Source: an uncultured bacterium
GTDB taxonomy: Bacteria; SAR324; NAC60-12
Length of the DNA stretch: 36,132 nucleotides
NCBI GenBank assembly: GCA_964010765.1
Contig: CAXGMD010000030.1
Coordinates: 1-36,132, forward strand
Direction of reading: 5' to 3'
The position numbers and the translations under genes were made by a program. Below, in pieces: positions 7,820-17,007 of this stretch (the first letter of the stretch is position 1; the number at the start of each line of letters is the position of its first letter). The notes beneath the pieces were generated by a model that did no database searches, was not told where the DNA came from, and was given only the letters and a program-made list of their open reading frames with translations.

Positions 7820-10213
7820 ATGGAAACGGGTAAAAGTCTTGCCCATGACTCTGCTGAAATACAAGTCACTGGGGCAGCACTCTACACAGATGACATCGTC
7901 GCAAATGCTGGCGAGCTGGTAGTGGGCTTTGTTGGAAGTCCAGTTGCTCATGGGTTGCTGAAGCGAATAGAATTGAGCAATCTTTATCGAATTCATGGCT
8001 TTGTGGGGGCCTTCACTTGGCAAGATATACCTGGAGCGAACTTGTTCGGGCCTATGATTGCTGATGAACCGTTCTTGGTGAAAGATTTCTGTGAGTATGT
8101 TGGACAGCCAATTGTGGTCTTAGCAGCCGAAAATGCTAGTTCGCTCAGGAAAGCACGCCTACAGGTTCAGATAGAAGTTGAGGAAAAAACTCCATGGTTG
8201 ACGATTTCGCAGGCGCTTAAACAAAACTCTTTCTTGGGTACCCCTCGAGAGATCAAGCGTGGGGACTTTGAAGGAGCTTGGCGGAAAGCTGACCATCAAA
8301 TTGAGGGAGTCTTTTACAGTAACGGCCAGGAGCAATTCTATCTGGAGTCCCAAGCGGTTATAGCACATCCTGGCGAGGGCAATGAGATCTTGATTCAGGC
8401 ATCGACACAAAACCCAACAGAGCTTCAGGAAGTTGTGGCTCACATGCTGGGAATTGGCTTCAATGAAGTTGTCTGTACCTGTCGAAGAATGGGAGGAGCC
8501 TTCGGAGGAAAAGAGACGCAAGCTGCTCTGCCAGCATTGATGGCTTCTCTGGTAACGAAGAAAACTGGAAGATCAGCACGCATTGCTTATGACAAAGACA
8601 CGGATATGCACGTCACTGGGAAACGACATCCGTTCCGAAGTGAATATCAGGCTGCAGTCGATAAGGCAGGGAATCTTTTGGGCCTGAAAGTAGAGTTGCA
8701 TTCCAATGGCGGAGCTTACACAGATCTTTCATTAGCCATTATGGAGCGAGCTCTGCTGCATGTTGACAACGCTTATTTCATCCCCAATATATCTTTAAGG
8801 GGGCAAGTCTGTAAAACTCATCTTCCGCCTAATACAGCTTTTCGAGGATTTGGAGGTCCGCAAGGAATGGCTGTGATTGAAAACTTGATGGAAGATATCG
8901 CAGCAAAATTAAGGCGCGATCCTTATGAGATTCGTAGTCAAAACTGCTATGGAAATTCTCCAAGAGATCTCACCCCATATGGTCAGAGGGTCGAAAGTCG
9001 TTTGCCTCAAATTCTTAATAAACTCCATGAAAGCTCTGATTATGAGACAAGGCTTGAAAAGATCAGGCAACTTAACGAGACATCTCTGACTCACCTTCGG
9101 GGAATTTCGCTAACGCCCATGAAGTTTGGGATATCCTTTACGGCTACTTTTCTCAATCAGGCGAATGCACTCATCAATATCCTAAAGGATGGCAGTGTAC
9201 AGGTTTCAACTGGTGGAACCGAGATGGGTCAGGGTCTCACGGTTAAAATCCGTCAGATTGTAGCAGAGGAACTGGGAGTGCCTTCAGAGCAAGTCAAGTA
9301 CATGACGACCTCGACGGAGAAGAATCATAATACTTCTCCCACAGCTGCCTCTGCAGGGACAGACCTCAATGGAATGGCAGCAGCCAATGCTTGCCAAGCT
9401 ATACGATCTCGTCTAGCCCAGTTTGCCGCTGAAATTTTCGCAGATACCCAAGTTGGACTTTCTAAATCTCCAGAGGCTATTGAATTTTCTGAAGGCAAAG
9501 TTTGGGATCGTAGGTGCCCTGAGAAACAGTTAACTTTTGGTGAACTAGCTCTGCAAGCCTACAGAAACCGCGTCAATCTGGGCGAGAGAGGATTTTACAG
9601 GACACCGGGTGTGGGATTCAATCAATCCACAGGAAAAGGCAGCCCATTCCACTACTACACTACAGGGGCATGCGTTGCTGAAGTAGAGATTGATCGCTTC
9701 ACAGGCCAATGGATGTTAGAAAGAGCTGATTTGTTGTTAGATATCGGTCATTCAATCAACCCAGGTATCGACAGAGGACAGATAGTAGGTGGTTTTGTCC
9801 AAGGTTTGGGTTGGGTGAGTATGGAAGAACTCCGCTACCAGGAAGATGGAAAATTACTATCGTATTCACCAACTTCATATAAAATCCCCAATGTTGGGGA
9901 TCTCCCGATAGATCTCAGAATAGAACTCTACGAGGATCCAGCACCGAATGGGAGCATTCGGAAAAGCAAAGCGGTGGGGGAACCCCCCCTAATGCTTTCA
10001 CTTGCCGCATTTACAGCAGTCAAACAAGCGCTTGGACATCTTTCACCTGGCAAAGCAGTTCCCTTGGCAATTCCAGCGACCTCTGAAGAAGTCCTGCGAT
10101 GTATAACTTGGTTGGAAGATCCTGAGGCAGCATGGGGTCTAACCAATTCAGAAATTCCCTTGGTTTCTAAGCAAGGGCAATCAAGCATGAATATGGCTGA
10201 AAAAGTGGCCTAG
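7820..10213 (+). CDS. xdhB: Xanthine dehydrogenase molybdopterin-binding subunit
   Basis: QEQFYLE, RRMGGAFGGKETQ, TAFRGFGGPQG, GGTEMGQG, SPTAASAGTDLNG and SKAVGEPP (catalytic Glu). Confidence 0.96.
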   Translation: METGKSLAHDSAEIQVTGAALYTDDIVANAGELVVGFVGSPVAHGLLKRIELSNLYRIHGFVGAFTWQDIPGANLFGPMIADEPFLVKDFCEYVGQPIVVLAAENASSLRKARLQVQIEVEEKTPWLTISQALKQNSFLGTPREIKRGDFEGAWRKADHQIEGVFYSNGQEQFYLESQAVIAHPGEGNEILIQASTQNPTELQEVVAHMLGIGFNEVVCTCRRMGGAFGGKETQAALPALMASLVTKKTGRSARIAYDKDTDMHVTGKRHPFRSEYQAAVDKAGNLLGLKVELHSNGGAYTDLSLAIMERALLHVDNAYFIPNISLRGQVCKTHLPPNTAFRGFGGPQGMAVIENLMEDIAAKLRRDPYEIRSQNCYGNSPRDLTPYGQRVESRLPQILNKLHESSDYETRLEKIRQLNETSLTHLRGISLTPMKFGISFTATFLNQANALINILKDGSVQVSTGGTEMGQGLTVKIRQIVAEELGVPSEQVKYMTTSTEKNHNTSPTAASAGTDLNGMAAANACQAIRSRLAQFAAEIFADTQVGLSKSPEAIEFSEGKVWDRRCPEKQLTFGELALQAYRNRVNLGERGFYRTPGVGFNQSTGKGSPFHYYTTGACVAEVEIDRFTGQWMLERADLLLDIGHSINPGIDRGQIVGGFVQGLGWVSMEELRYQEDGKLLSYSPTSYKIPNVGDLPIDLRIELYEDPAPNGSIRKSKAVGEPPLMLSLAAFTAVKQALGHLSPGKAVPLAIPATSEEVLRCITWLEDPEAAWGLTNSEIPLVSKQGQSSMNMAEKVA

Positions 10214-10242
10214 CTAAACTTTAATAATTTGGGGAGAAACGT

Positions 10243-11355
10243 TTGCCTGAAAAAAAATCACTGACGAGAGAAGCTCGAGATGTGGAACTGGTTCAACTCT
10301 TTAAAAAATATGGCCAAACCACAGCTGTCAATGGAATTAGCCTGAAGATTCCAGCCGGAAGTTATTGTTGCTTGGTTGGACCAAGTGGTTGTGGAAAAAC
10401 ATCCACCCTGAGAATGATAGCTGGTCATGAGGATGTCAGCGAGGGCTCAATCCTCTTGGGTAACAAGGAGATCAACGAAGTACCTCCGGCAAAGAGGGAA
10501 ACAGCGATGATGTTCCAGAATTACGCGCTCTTCCCTCATCTGAATTGCCGGGATAACGTTGCCTTCAGTTTGAAAATGCGAGGAGTTGAAAAAAATGAAA
10601 GGCAAAAAGTTGCTGATGAATACCTGGAATTGGTCCACATGTCTTCTTTTGCAGAGCGAATCCCAGCGCAACTCTCGGGTGGACAACAGCAACGCGTTGC
10701 TTTGGCAAGAGCTTTGGTGACGCACCCCTCTGTGCTTTTATTAGATGAACCACTTTCCGCATTGGATCCTTTTTTGAGAGTGAAGATGCGAGCAGAACTA
10801 AAGCGCTTACAGGTGGAACTGGGGATTTCCTTTATTCACGTGACTCATAGCCAGGTTGAGGCACTTGCTCTCGCTGATCAGGTGGTTGTGATGAACCAAG
10901 GGAACATCGAGCAAGCAGGAACACCCAGGGAGGTTTTCAATCAACCAAAGAGTGAATTTGTCGCTAAATTTGTGGGAGGACACAATCTACTGAAAGCAAA
11001 ATTTGAAAAAAAATATTCAGAATCAGAGGCTCTCTTGAGCAGCCAGGAGGGCTTTAGCTATCTGGTTCCTTGGACTGCACCGGACACCCCGTCAGGTCCA
11101 GTAACATTTTCACTTCGTCAGGACTGTATCCGGCTGGATCAGCCCTCGGAGGAAACCGCATCTCCAAATGAGGTACGTGGTATTGTTACGGCAGTTGAGT
11201 ACAAGGGAACCAGTTTGAGTGTGACACTCCAACTCGGCGGGGAACAGGAACTGGAAGTCACACTACCCGAACAACTGCTTGGGCAGTTGGATGTTTCCTA
11301 TGGTAAACAGCTTGCCGCAAGCTGGAAACCGCAGGATTTGTGTCTGCTAAATTAA
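10243..11355 (+). CDS. ABC transporter ATP-binding protein (PotA-like, C-terminal TOBE-like region)
   Basis: GPSGCGKTS, FQNYALFPH, LSGGQQQR and LLDEPLSALD. TTG start with GGAG RBS. Confidence 0.93.
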   Translation: MPEKKSLTREARDVELVQLFKKYGQTTAVNGISLKIPAGSYCCLVGPSGCGKTSTLRMIAGHEDVSEGSILLGNKEINEVPPAKRETAMMFQNYALFPHLNCRDNVAFSLKMRGVEKNERQKVADEYLELVHMSSFAERIPAQLSGGQQQRVALARALVTHPSVLLLDEPLSALDPFLRVKMRAELKRLQVELGISFIHVTHSQVEALALADQVVVMNQGNIEQAGTPREVFNQPKSEFVAKFVGGHNLLKAKFEKKYSESEALLSSQEGFSYLVPWTAPDTPSGPVTFSLRQDCIRLDQPSEETASPNEVRGIVTAVEYKGTSLSVTLQLGGEQELEVTLPEQLLGQLDVSYGKQLAASWKPQDLCLLN

Positions 11356-11383
11356 ACTATCCCCTTTCCTCTGGAGAGACACT

Positions 11384-12679
11384 ATGAAGAATCCCACCAC
11401 CCCTAACTCTCTTTCACGACGTGATCTTCTCAAACGTGGAAGCGCGGTCGCACTTGGTGCCGCCGTTGGATCTCAGGCCATCACAGGTTTTCCAACAATC
11501 TGGGCCCAGAACATCAAGAATGTCACTCTTCGACAGTTTGGAACTGGAGTTTCCAACATTAACGCAATTGCTCAGAAGGCGAAAGAAGATCTTGGTATCA
11601 ATTTGGAGCTTACAGCACTTGATACTGATGCTACTGCTCAACGGGTAGTTACCCAACCAAAGAGCTTTGATATTGCTGATATTGAGTATTTTACATTGAA
11701 GAAAGTGTGGCCCAGCGGGAATATGCAGCCAATGGATATTAGCAAGCTGAAGTATTTCGACAAAATTGCTGGAACTTTCAAGGATGGTAAATTGACTCCA
11801 TCGTCTACAATTGCGCAAGGGACAGCCCCTCACACCGTCAGTTTCACTGATGGTCCAAATTCAAAGAGTTTTTCAAAGTCAATGACCAACTGGTACACAA
11901 TGGTTCCGACCATCTATAATGCAGATACCTTGGGCATTCGCCCGGATCTCATTGGTCGTCCGATCAACAGTTGGACTGAGTTGCTAAACCCTGAGTTCAA
12001 GGGTAAGGCTTCAATTCTTAACATTTCTTCAATTGGAATCATGGATGCTGCCATGGTTTGTGAAGCAATGGGCGAAGTTCAGTACGGTGACAAAGGAAAC
12101 ATGACGAAGGAAGAGATCGACAAGACAATGGCGATCTTTACCGAGGCTAAGAAAGCTGGACAATTTAGAGCATTTTGGAAGACCTTTGACGAGTCAGTCA
12201 ATTTGATGGCCTCTGGTGAGGTTGTCATTCAATCCATGTGGTCACCTGCGATCACCAAAGTTCGCTCAATGGGACTGCCTTGCGTCTACCAACCATTGAA
12301 AGAAGGCTATCGCTCTTGGGGAGGTGGTCTTGGTTTGGCAAGAAATCTCTCTGGCTTGGAGTTAGATGCGGCTTATGAATACATCAATTGGTATCTCTCT
12401 GGTTGGGTTGGTGGCCTGTTGATGCGTCAAGGCTATTATTCCGCTGCACCTGAGACATCAAAGCTACATATGTCAGACGACGAATGGGGTTTTTGGTACG
12501 AAGGTAAAGCCGCTAAAAACGACATAATCGATCCGTTCGGAAACAAAATGGAACCGGCAGGTGCTGTCAGAGACGGTGGCTCGTTCCTTGAGCGAATGGG
12601 TAACGTCAAATGTTGGAACTCGGTGATGGATGAGAACCGCTATATGGTTCGCAAGTGGAATGAGTTCATCGCCGCTTAA
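11384..12679 (+). CDS. Tat-exported extracellular solute-binding protein (PotD/PotF-like)
   Basis: Twin-arginine signal SRRDLLK, WTELLNPEFKGK, LMASGEV, AYEYINW. Lies between an ABC ATPase and two permeases. Confidence 0.88.
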   Translation: MKNPTTPNSLSRRDLLKRGSAVALGAAVGSQAITGFPTIWAQNIKNVTLRQFGTGVSNINAIAQKAKEDLGINLELTALDTDATAQRVVTQPKSFDIADIEYFTLKKVWPSGNMQPMDISKLKYFDKIAGTFKDGKLTPSSTIAQGTAPHTVSFTDGPNSKSFSKSMTNWYTMVPTIYNADTLGIRPDLIGRPINSWTELLNPEFKGKASILNISSIGIMDAAMVCEAMGEVQYGDKGNMTKEEIDKTMAIFTEAKKAGQFRAFWKTFDESVNLMASGEVVIQSMWSPAITKVRSMGLPCVYQPLKEGYRSWGGGLGLARNLSGLELDAAYEYINWYLSGWVGGLLMRQGYYSAAPETSKLHMSDDEWGFWYEGKAAKNDIIDPFGNKMEPAGAVRDGGSFLERMGNVKCWNSVMDENRYMVRKWNEFIAA

Positions 12680-12689
12680 TTGACTTATA

Positions 12690-12710
12690 ATGGGGGCCTT
12701 GTGCCCCCAT
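12690..12710 (+). terminator. Intercistronic stem-loop after the SBP gene (partial terminator or mRNA stabiliser)
   Basis: Perfect 8-bp stem ATGGGGGC-cttgt-GCCCCCAT followed by AGATTTT. Confidence 0.6.
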
Positions 12711-12715
12711 AGATT

Positions 12716-13579
12716 TTGGATAACGTGAATCGTCAATCTCCTCTCTCAACTCTGCTTCAAATCTCACCTATCAGCTTGATACTGGGATTTTTTCTGGTCT
12801 TGCCGATTGGAACTATTCTCATTGTAAGTTTTTGGGACTACAACGATTTCTCTTTCTTTCCTGATTTTGTTTGGACTAACTACTCAGATGCTCTTGGATC
12901 GAATGTCACCTACAAAACCTACCTTAATACCTTTTGGTATGCAGGCCTGACTTGGCTCTGTACATTCCTCGTCGGTTTCACAGTAGCTTATTTTCTTGCT
13001 TTTCATATCCATACTACACGCTGGCAAATTGTTTTATTCCTGATTTGCACGATTCCATTTTGGACCTCAAACATCATTCGTATGATTTCCTGGATTCCTT
13101 TTTTGGGTCGCAACGGAGTTTTCAATACTATGCTGCAGTCCATTGGTTTGATAGATGAACCCTTGGAATTCCTTCTTTTTTCTGATTTTTCAATCGTTTT
13201 GGCTTTTGTTCATCTTTACGCCTTATTCATGGTGGTGCCGATCTTCAACAGCATGATGCGAATCGATCGTTCTTTGATTGAAGCTGCCATTGATGGTGGA
13301 GCGAATGGCTGGCAGATGCTCACCAATGTTGTCATTCCTCTTTGTAAACCAGGTATTGCGATCGGTTCTATCTTTGTGGTCACCTTGGTGATGGGGGATT
13401 ACATTACAGTTCGATTAATGGGTGGAGGACAACGAGCTTCTGTTGGGGTGATGATGTGGAATGAGATCTCTCTCCTACTATACCCAGCTGCAGCGGCTCA
13501 TGCAGTTGTTCTGTTGGCAGTCGTCCTAATTATGGTCAGCCTGATGATGCGGGTTGTTGATTTGAAGAAGGAACTTTGA
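12716..13579 (+). CDS. ABC transporter permease (PotB-like)
   Basis: IPFWTSNIIR, WIPFLGRNG and LIEAAIDGGA (EAA loop). Start is TTG 12716 or GTG 12725. Confidence 0.92.
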   Translation: MDNVNRQSPLSTLLQISPISLILGFFLVLPIGTILIVSFWDYNDFSFFPDFVWTNYSDALGSNVTYKTYLNTFWYAGLTWLCTFLVGFTVAYFLAFHIHTTRWQIVLFLICTIPFWTSNIIRMISWIPFLGRNGVFNTMLQSIGLIDEPLEFLLFSDFSIVLAFVHLYALFMVVPIFNSMMRIDRSLIEAAIDGGANGWQMLTNVVIPLCKPGIAIGSIFVVTLVMGDYITVRLMGGGQRASVGVMMWNEISLLLYPAAAAHAVVLLAVVLIMVSLMMRVVDLKKEL

Positions 13580-14418
13580 TGCATAAAAAACGTCCTGCAA
13601 GCTTCTACTGTTTGGCCTCCTTATTTGGACTGTTTGTGCTGTTCTTGTACGGCCCCATCTCGGCAATTGTGATTTTATCTTTCCAAGGGCCAAATGGGGG
13701 TTTGACCTTTCCAATGAACGGATTCTCAATCCATTGGTTTTTTGCCTTATTCGGTGAGCAGTTGGTGGGTGATTTTGAGACTTCATTCTTAAGATCACTG
13801 CAATTAGGCCTGGTTGTGATGGCATTGACAGTAGTCATTTCACTGGTTACGGGTCTGGCCTTCCGCAAGAAATTCTTTGGCTCAAATCTGCTATTCTACA
13901 CCACAGTAGCGAGCCTGATAGTACCCTCTATTCTGGTCAGCCTAGGAATTGGTCTAATCTTTAATATCATGGGTTGGGAGGTGTCCTGGACTACTTCTGG
14001 TTTAGGTGCACACCTCACTTGGACACTCCCATTTGGTTTTTTGATCATGATCGCCGTTTTCAATCGATTCGATAAGTCGTACGAGGAAGCTGCCAGGGAC
14101 TTGGGTGCTTCCAACTGGCAAACAATCCGCCATGTTGTCCTACCGATCATTGGACCAAGTTTGATTGGTGTGGCCCTCTTCGGGTTTACTCTATCTTACG
14201 ATGAATTCGCTCGAACTCTGATGACATCGGGAGTAAAGAACACCCTTCCTCTAGAAATCTTTGGGATGACAACGAATGTAACCACTCCAACCCTCTACGC
14301 TCTTGGAACCTTAACTACCTTTTTTTCTCTTCTCATGATTCTGACTGCGATGGGAGTTTTGTTTTACCTAAGAAGACGCCAAGAAAGCCATGGTTCTGAT
14401 GCAGGAAAAGGGGTCTGA
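13579..14418 (+). CDS. ABC transporter permease (PotC-like)
   Basis: FLYGP, EEAARDLGA, FTLSYDEF and TLPLEIF. ATG at 13579 in a TGATG overlap. Confidence 0.92.
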   Translation: MHKKRPASFYCLASLFGLFVLFLYGPISAIVILSFQGPNGGLTFPMNGFSIHWFFALFGEQLVGDFETSFLRSLQLGLVVMALTVVISLVTGLAFRKKFFGSNLLFYTTVASLIVPSILVSLGIGLIFNIMGWEVSWTTSGLGAHLTWTLPFGFLIMIAVFNRFDKSYEEAARDLGASNWQTIRHVVLPIIGPSLIGVALFGFTLSYDEFARTLMTSGVKNTLPLEIFGMTTNVTTPTLYALGTLTTFFSLLMILTAMGVLFYLRRRQESHGSDAGKGV

Positions 14419-15164
14419 TGAAACTCTTGTTGGTCAACCCAAACACGACTGCATCCATGACAGAGAAAGCTGAGATTGCGGCTCGTTCTGTGGCTAGCTC
14501 AGATACAGAAATTCTAGCTTCCAATCCCTTGGATGGACCAGTGAGCATCGAGGGATACTACGACGAAGTTTTTAGTGTTCCGGGACTTTTGGAAGAAATT
14601 CGTAAGGGAGCTTTGGCCGGATGTCAAGGGACGATCATCGCCTGCTTTGATGATACTGGTCTTGATGCAGCACGTTGTCAGGTTGCGGGTCCAGTAGTTG
14701 GTATTTGTGAAGCTGCGGTTCATATGGCATCGATGGTATCAAACTCCTTTAGCATCGTCACCACACTCAATCGTTCTGTACCAGCACTGGAAGGACTTGT
14801 TTTGAAGTATGGGATGGAGCGACATTGCCGAAGAGTTAGAGCTTCTGAAGTTCCCGTCTTGGATTTAGAGGATGCAAATTCTGGAGGGAGAAAAAAAATC
14901 AGAGACGAAGTCGCCAAGGCTTTATCGGAAGATCGAAGTGAAGCGATTGTGTTGGGTTGTGCTGGGATGGTTGATTTGGCAAGAGATCTCTCTGTAGAAT
15001 TTCAAGTTCCTGTGATTGATGGAGTTACTTCTGCAGTCAAGTTGGTAGAAAGCCTTGTTTCTCTCGGCCTGCAAACCAGCAAGCAGAATGGTTATGCATT
15101 TCCTCGAGCGAAAACTTACTTGGGTCGTTTCCAAAGTGACCAACCCAGTGGCCGAATTTGTTAG
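14418..15164 (+). CDS. hpxA: Allantoin racemase (Asp/Glu/hydantoin racemase family)
   Basis: VNPNTTASMT, GPVSIEG, IIACFDDTG and VLGCAGM (two catalytic Cys), VPVIDGV. Adjacent to puuE. Confidence 0.85.
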   Translation: MKLLLVNPNTTASMTEKAEIAARSVASSDTEILASNPLDGPVSIEGYYDEVFSVPGLLEEIRKGALAGCQGTIIACFDDTGLDAARCQVAGPVVGICEAAVHMASMVSNSFSIVTTLNRSVPALEGLVLKYGMERHCRRVRASEVPVLDLEDANSGGRKKIRDEVAKALSEDRSEAIVLGCAGMVDLARDLSVEFQVPVIDGVTSAVKLVESLVSLGLQTSKQNGYAFPRAKTYLGRFQSDQPSGRIC

Positions 15165-15188
15165 TCTTTGCATCAATTTGGGAATCTA

Positions 15189-16130
15189 ATGGGATTAAAT
15201 CATTCATGTCCTAGGGACTTGTTGGGTTATGGACCTGAACCGCCAGATCCACAGTGGCCAAATCAAGCCAAGGTAGCTGTTCAATTTGTGCTCAACTACG
15301 AAGAAGGTGGCGAAAATTGTGTGCTCTATGGTGATCCCCACTCTGAAAGCTACCTCTGGGAAATAGTTGGTGCGCCCGGTTTGGCTGGTGTTCGAAACAT
15401 GAATATTGAGTCGATCTATGAGTACGGTAGCCGCTCAGGAGTTTGGCGAATTCTAGGGCTATTTCGTGAGCATGGATTGCCTCTTACAGTTTATGCCGTT
15501 GGGATGGCACTTGAAAGAAATCCAACCGTTGCAGCAAGAATGCTCGCTGATGGTCATGAAATCGCCACTCATGGTTACCGATGGATTGATTACCAGTACA
15601 TCGGTGAAGAAACTGAAAGAGCCCACCTACAAAAAGCCATTGAAATACAGCAACTACTCACGGGTATCCGACCGCTTGGTTGCTATATTGGGCGAATCAG
15701 TCCAAATACTCGTAGGATCGTTGCAGAGGAAGGTGGGTTTCTTTACAACTCCGATGTTTACAATGATGATCTGCCTTACTGGGAATTACATGGTGAAAAA
15801 CCTCTGCTTTTGATTCCCTATACCTTGGATGTCAATGATATGAAGTTTGGGACAGCCCAGGGGTTTAATACTGGAGAGGATTTTTTCAATTATGCAAGGG
15901 CGGCTTTCGATACGCTCTACAAAGAGGGTGAGACCGCTCCCAAGATGATGTCGATTGGGCTACATTGCCGATTGATTGGACGCCCAGGCCGCTTCGAGGG
16001 ATTAAGAAGATTTATAGAGCATATCCAACAGCATGAACGAGTTTGGGTTACACGCAGGGTGGATATCGCTGAACATTGGCACAAAGTTCATCCAGCCGAG
16101 AAGTGGCTTGATTTAGGAACAGTTGGATGA
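15189..16130 (+). CDS. puuE: Allantoinase PuuE (polysaccharide deacetylase fold)
   Basis: PRDLLGYG, AVQFVLNYEEGGE, ESIYEYGSRSG, HGYRW, PYTLDVND and SIGLHCRLIGRPGR. Probable start ATG 15189. Confidence 0.95.
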   Translation: MGLNHSCPRDLLGYGPEPPDPQWPNQAKVAVQFVLNYEEGGENCVLYGDPHSESYLWEIVGAPGLAGVRNMNIESIYEYGSRSGVWRILGLFREHGLPLTVYAVGMALERNPTVAARMLADGHEIATHGYRWIDYQYIGEETERAHLQKAIEIQQLLTGIRPLGCYIGRISPNTRRIVAEEGGFLYNSDVYNDDLPYWELHGEKPLLLIPYTLDVNDMKFGTAQGFNTGEDFFNYARAAFDTLYKEGETAPKMMSIGLHCRLIGRPGRFEGLRRFIEHIQQHERVWVTRRVDIAEHWHKVHPAEKWLDLGTVG

Positions 16131-16630
16131 ATTTATCTGACTTCCAAATTTTGCCTGTAGAGGATGCTGAGGAAGCTCTTTTACGTTGTTGCGGTTCCAA
16201 GAATTGGGCAAAAAAAATGGCCCAATCAAGACCTTTTGGATCGCTAGAGAGGATACACGAAACCGCCGTCCAAATTTGGAGGGATTTGCAAATCCCTGAT
16301 TGGTTAGAAGCTTTTGAGCATCACCCAAGAATTGGAGATCGGCAGGCGCTGGCTGCTCGTTTTGCAAGCACTAGAAATTGGTCTGCAAACGAACAGGCCG
16401 GTGTAGAAGTGGCTGAGAAAGATATTCTTGATAGACTTGCATCGGGCAATGAAAAATATTCTCAGCGATTTGGATACGTCTTCTTGGTATGTGCAACAGG
16501 TAAGTCAGCACTTGAAATGCTGAATTTACTGGAATCACGAATCAACAACTCTCCTGAAGAAGAACTTCAAATAGCTCAACAAGAGCAACAAAAAATCTTG
16601 TTGCTACGCCTTGAAAAGATGTTCCAATAA
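16127..16630 (+). CDS. uraD: OHCU decarboxylase
   Basis: CCGS..WA, RPF, EAFEHHPRIG, SANEQAG, N..Y..RFGYVFLVCATGKS. Confidence 0.93.
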   Translation: MNLSDFQILPVEDAEEALLRCCGSKNWAKKMAQSRPFGSLERIHETAVQIWRDLQIPDWLEAFEHHPRIGDRQALAARFASTRNWSANEQAGVEVAEKDILDRLASGNEKYSQRFGYVFLVCATGKSALEMLNLLESRINNSPEEELQIAQQEQQKILLLRLEKMFQ

Positions 16631-16636
16631 TTCAAA

Positions 16637-16978
16637 ATGAGTCCAATCACTACTCACGTACTTGACACCGCAAAAGGTATTCCAGCTGAGAACGTTCCAA
16701 TCCATTTGGAATCTTGGATCAACTCAGATTGGCAACTGCTCGGACGTGGATCGACTAATGCCGATGGAAGGTTAACGCACCTACTAGAACCAGGCTCACT
16801 GGCCAAAGGCAATTATCGAATAAGTTTTGACGTGGAGAAATATTTCAGTTCACAAAATATTCAAAGCTTCTTCTATCATGTGGTTAGGATTGAGTTCGAA
16901 ATTCTGAACCCAGAGCAGCACTATCATGTTCCACTATTGTTAAGCCCCTTCGGTTATTCGACCTATAGAGGCAGTTAA
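16637..16978 (+). CDS. uraH: 5-hydroxyisourate hydrolase (transthyretin-like)
   Basis: TTHVLDTA.G.PA, TNADGR, HYHVPLLLSPFGYST and C-terminal YRGS. Confidence 0.97.
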   Translation: MSPITTHVLDTAKGIPAENVPIHLESWINSDWQLLGRGSTNADGRLTHLLEPGSLAKGNYRISFDVEKYFSSQNIQSFFYHVVRIEFEILNPEQHYHVPLLLSPFGYSTYRGS

Positions 16979-17007
16979 GAGAAACTTACGTCATTTTTTA
17001 GGAATAC

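Noticed and set aside
15189..16130. Chitin/polysaccharide deacetylase
   Set aside because: PuuE-specific motifs and the uraD/uraH/alc context indicate allantoinase.
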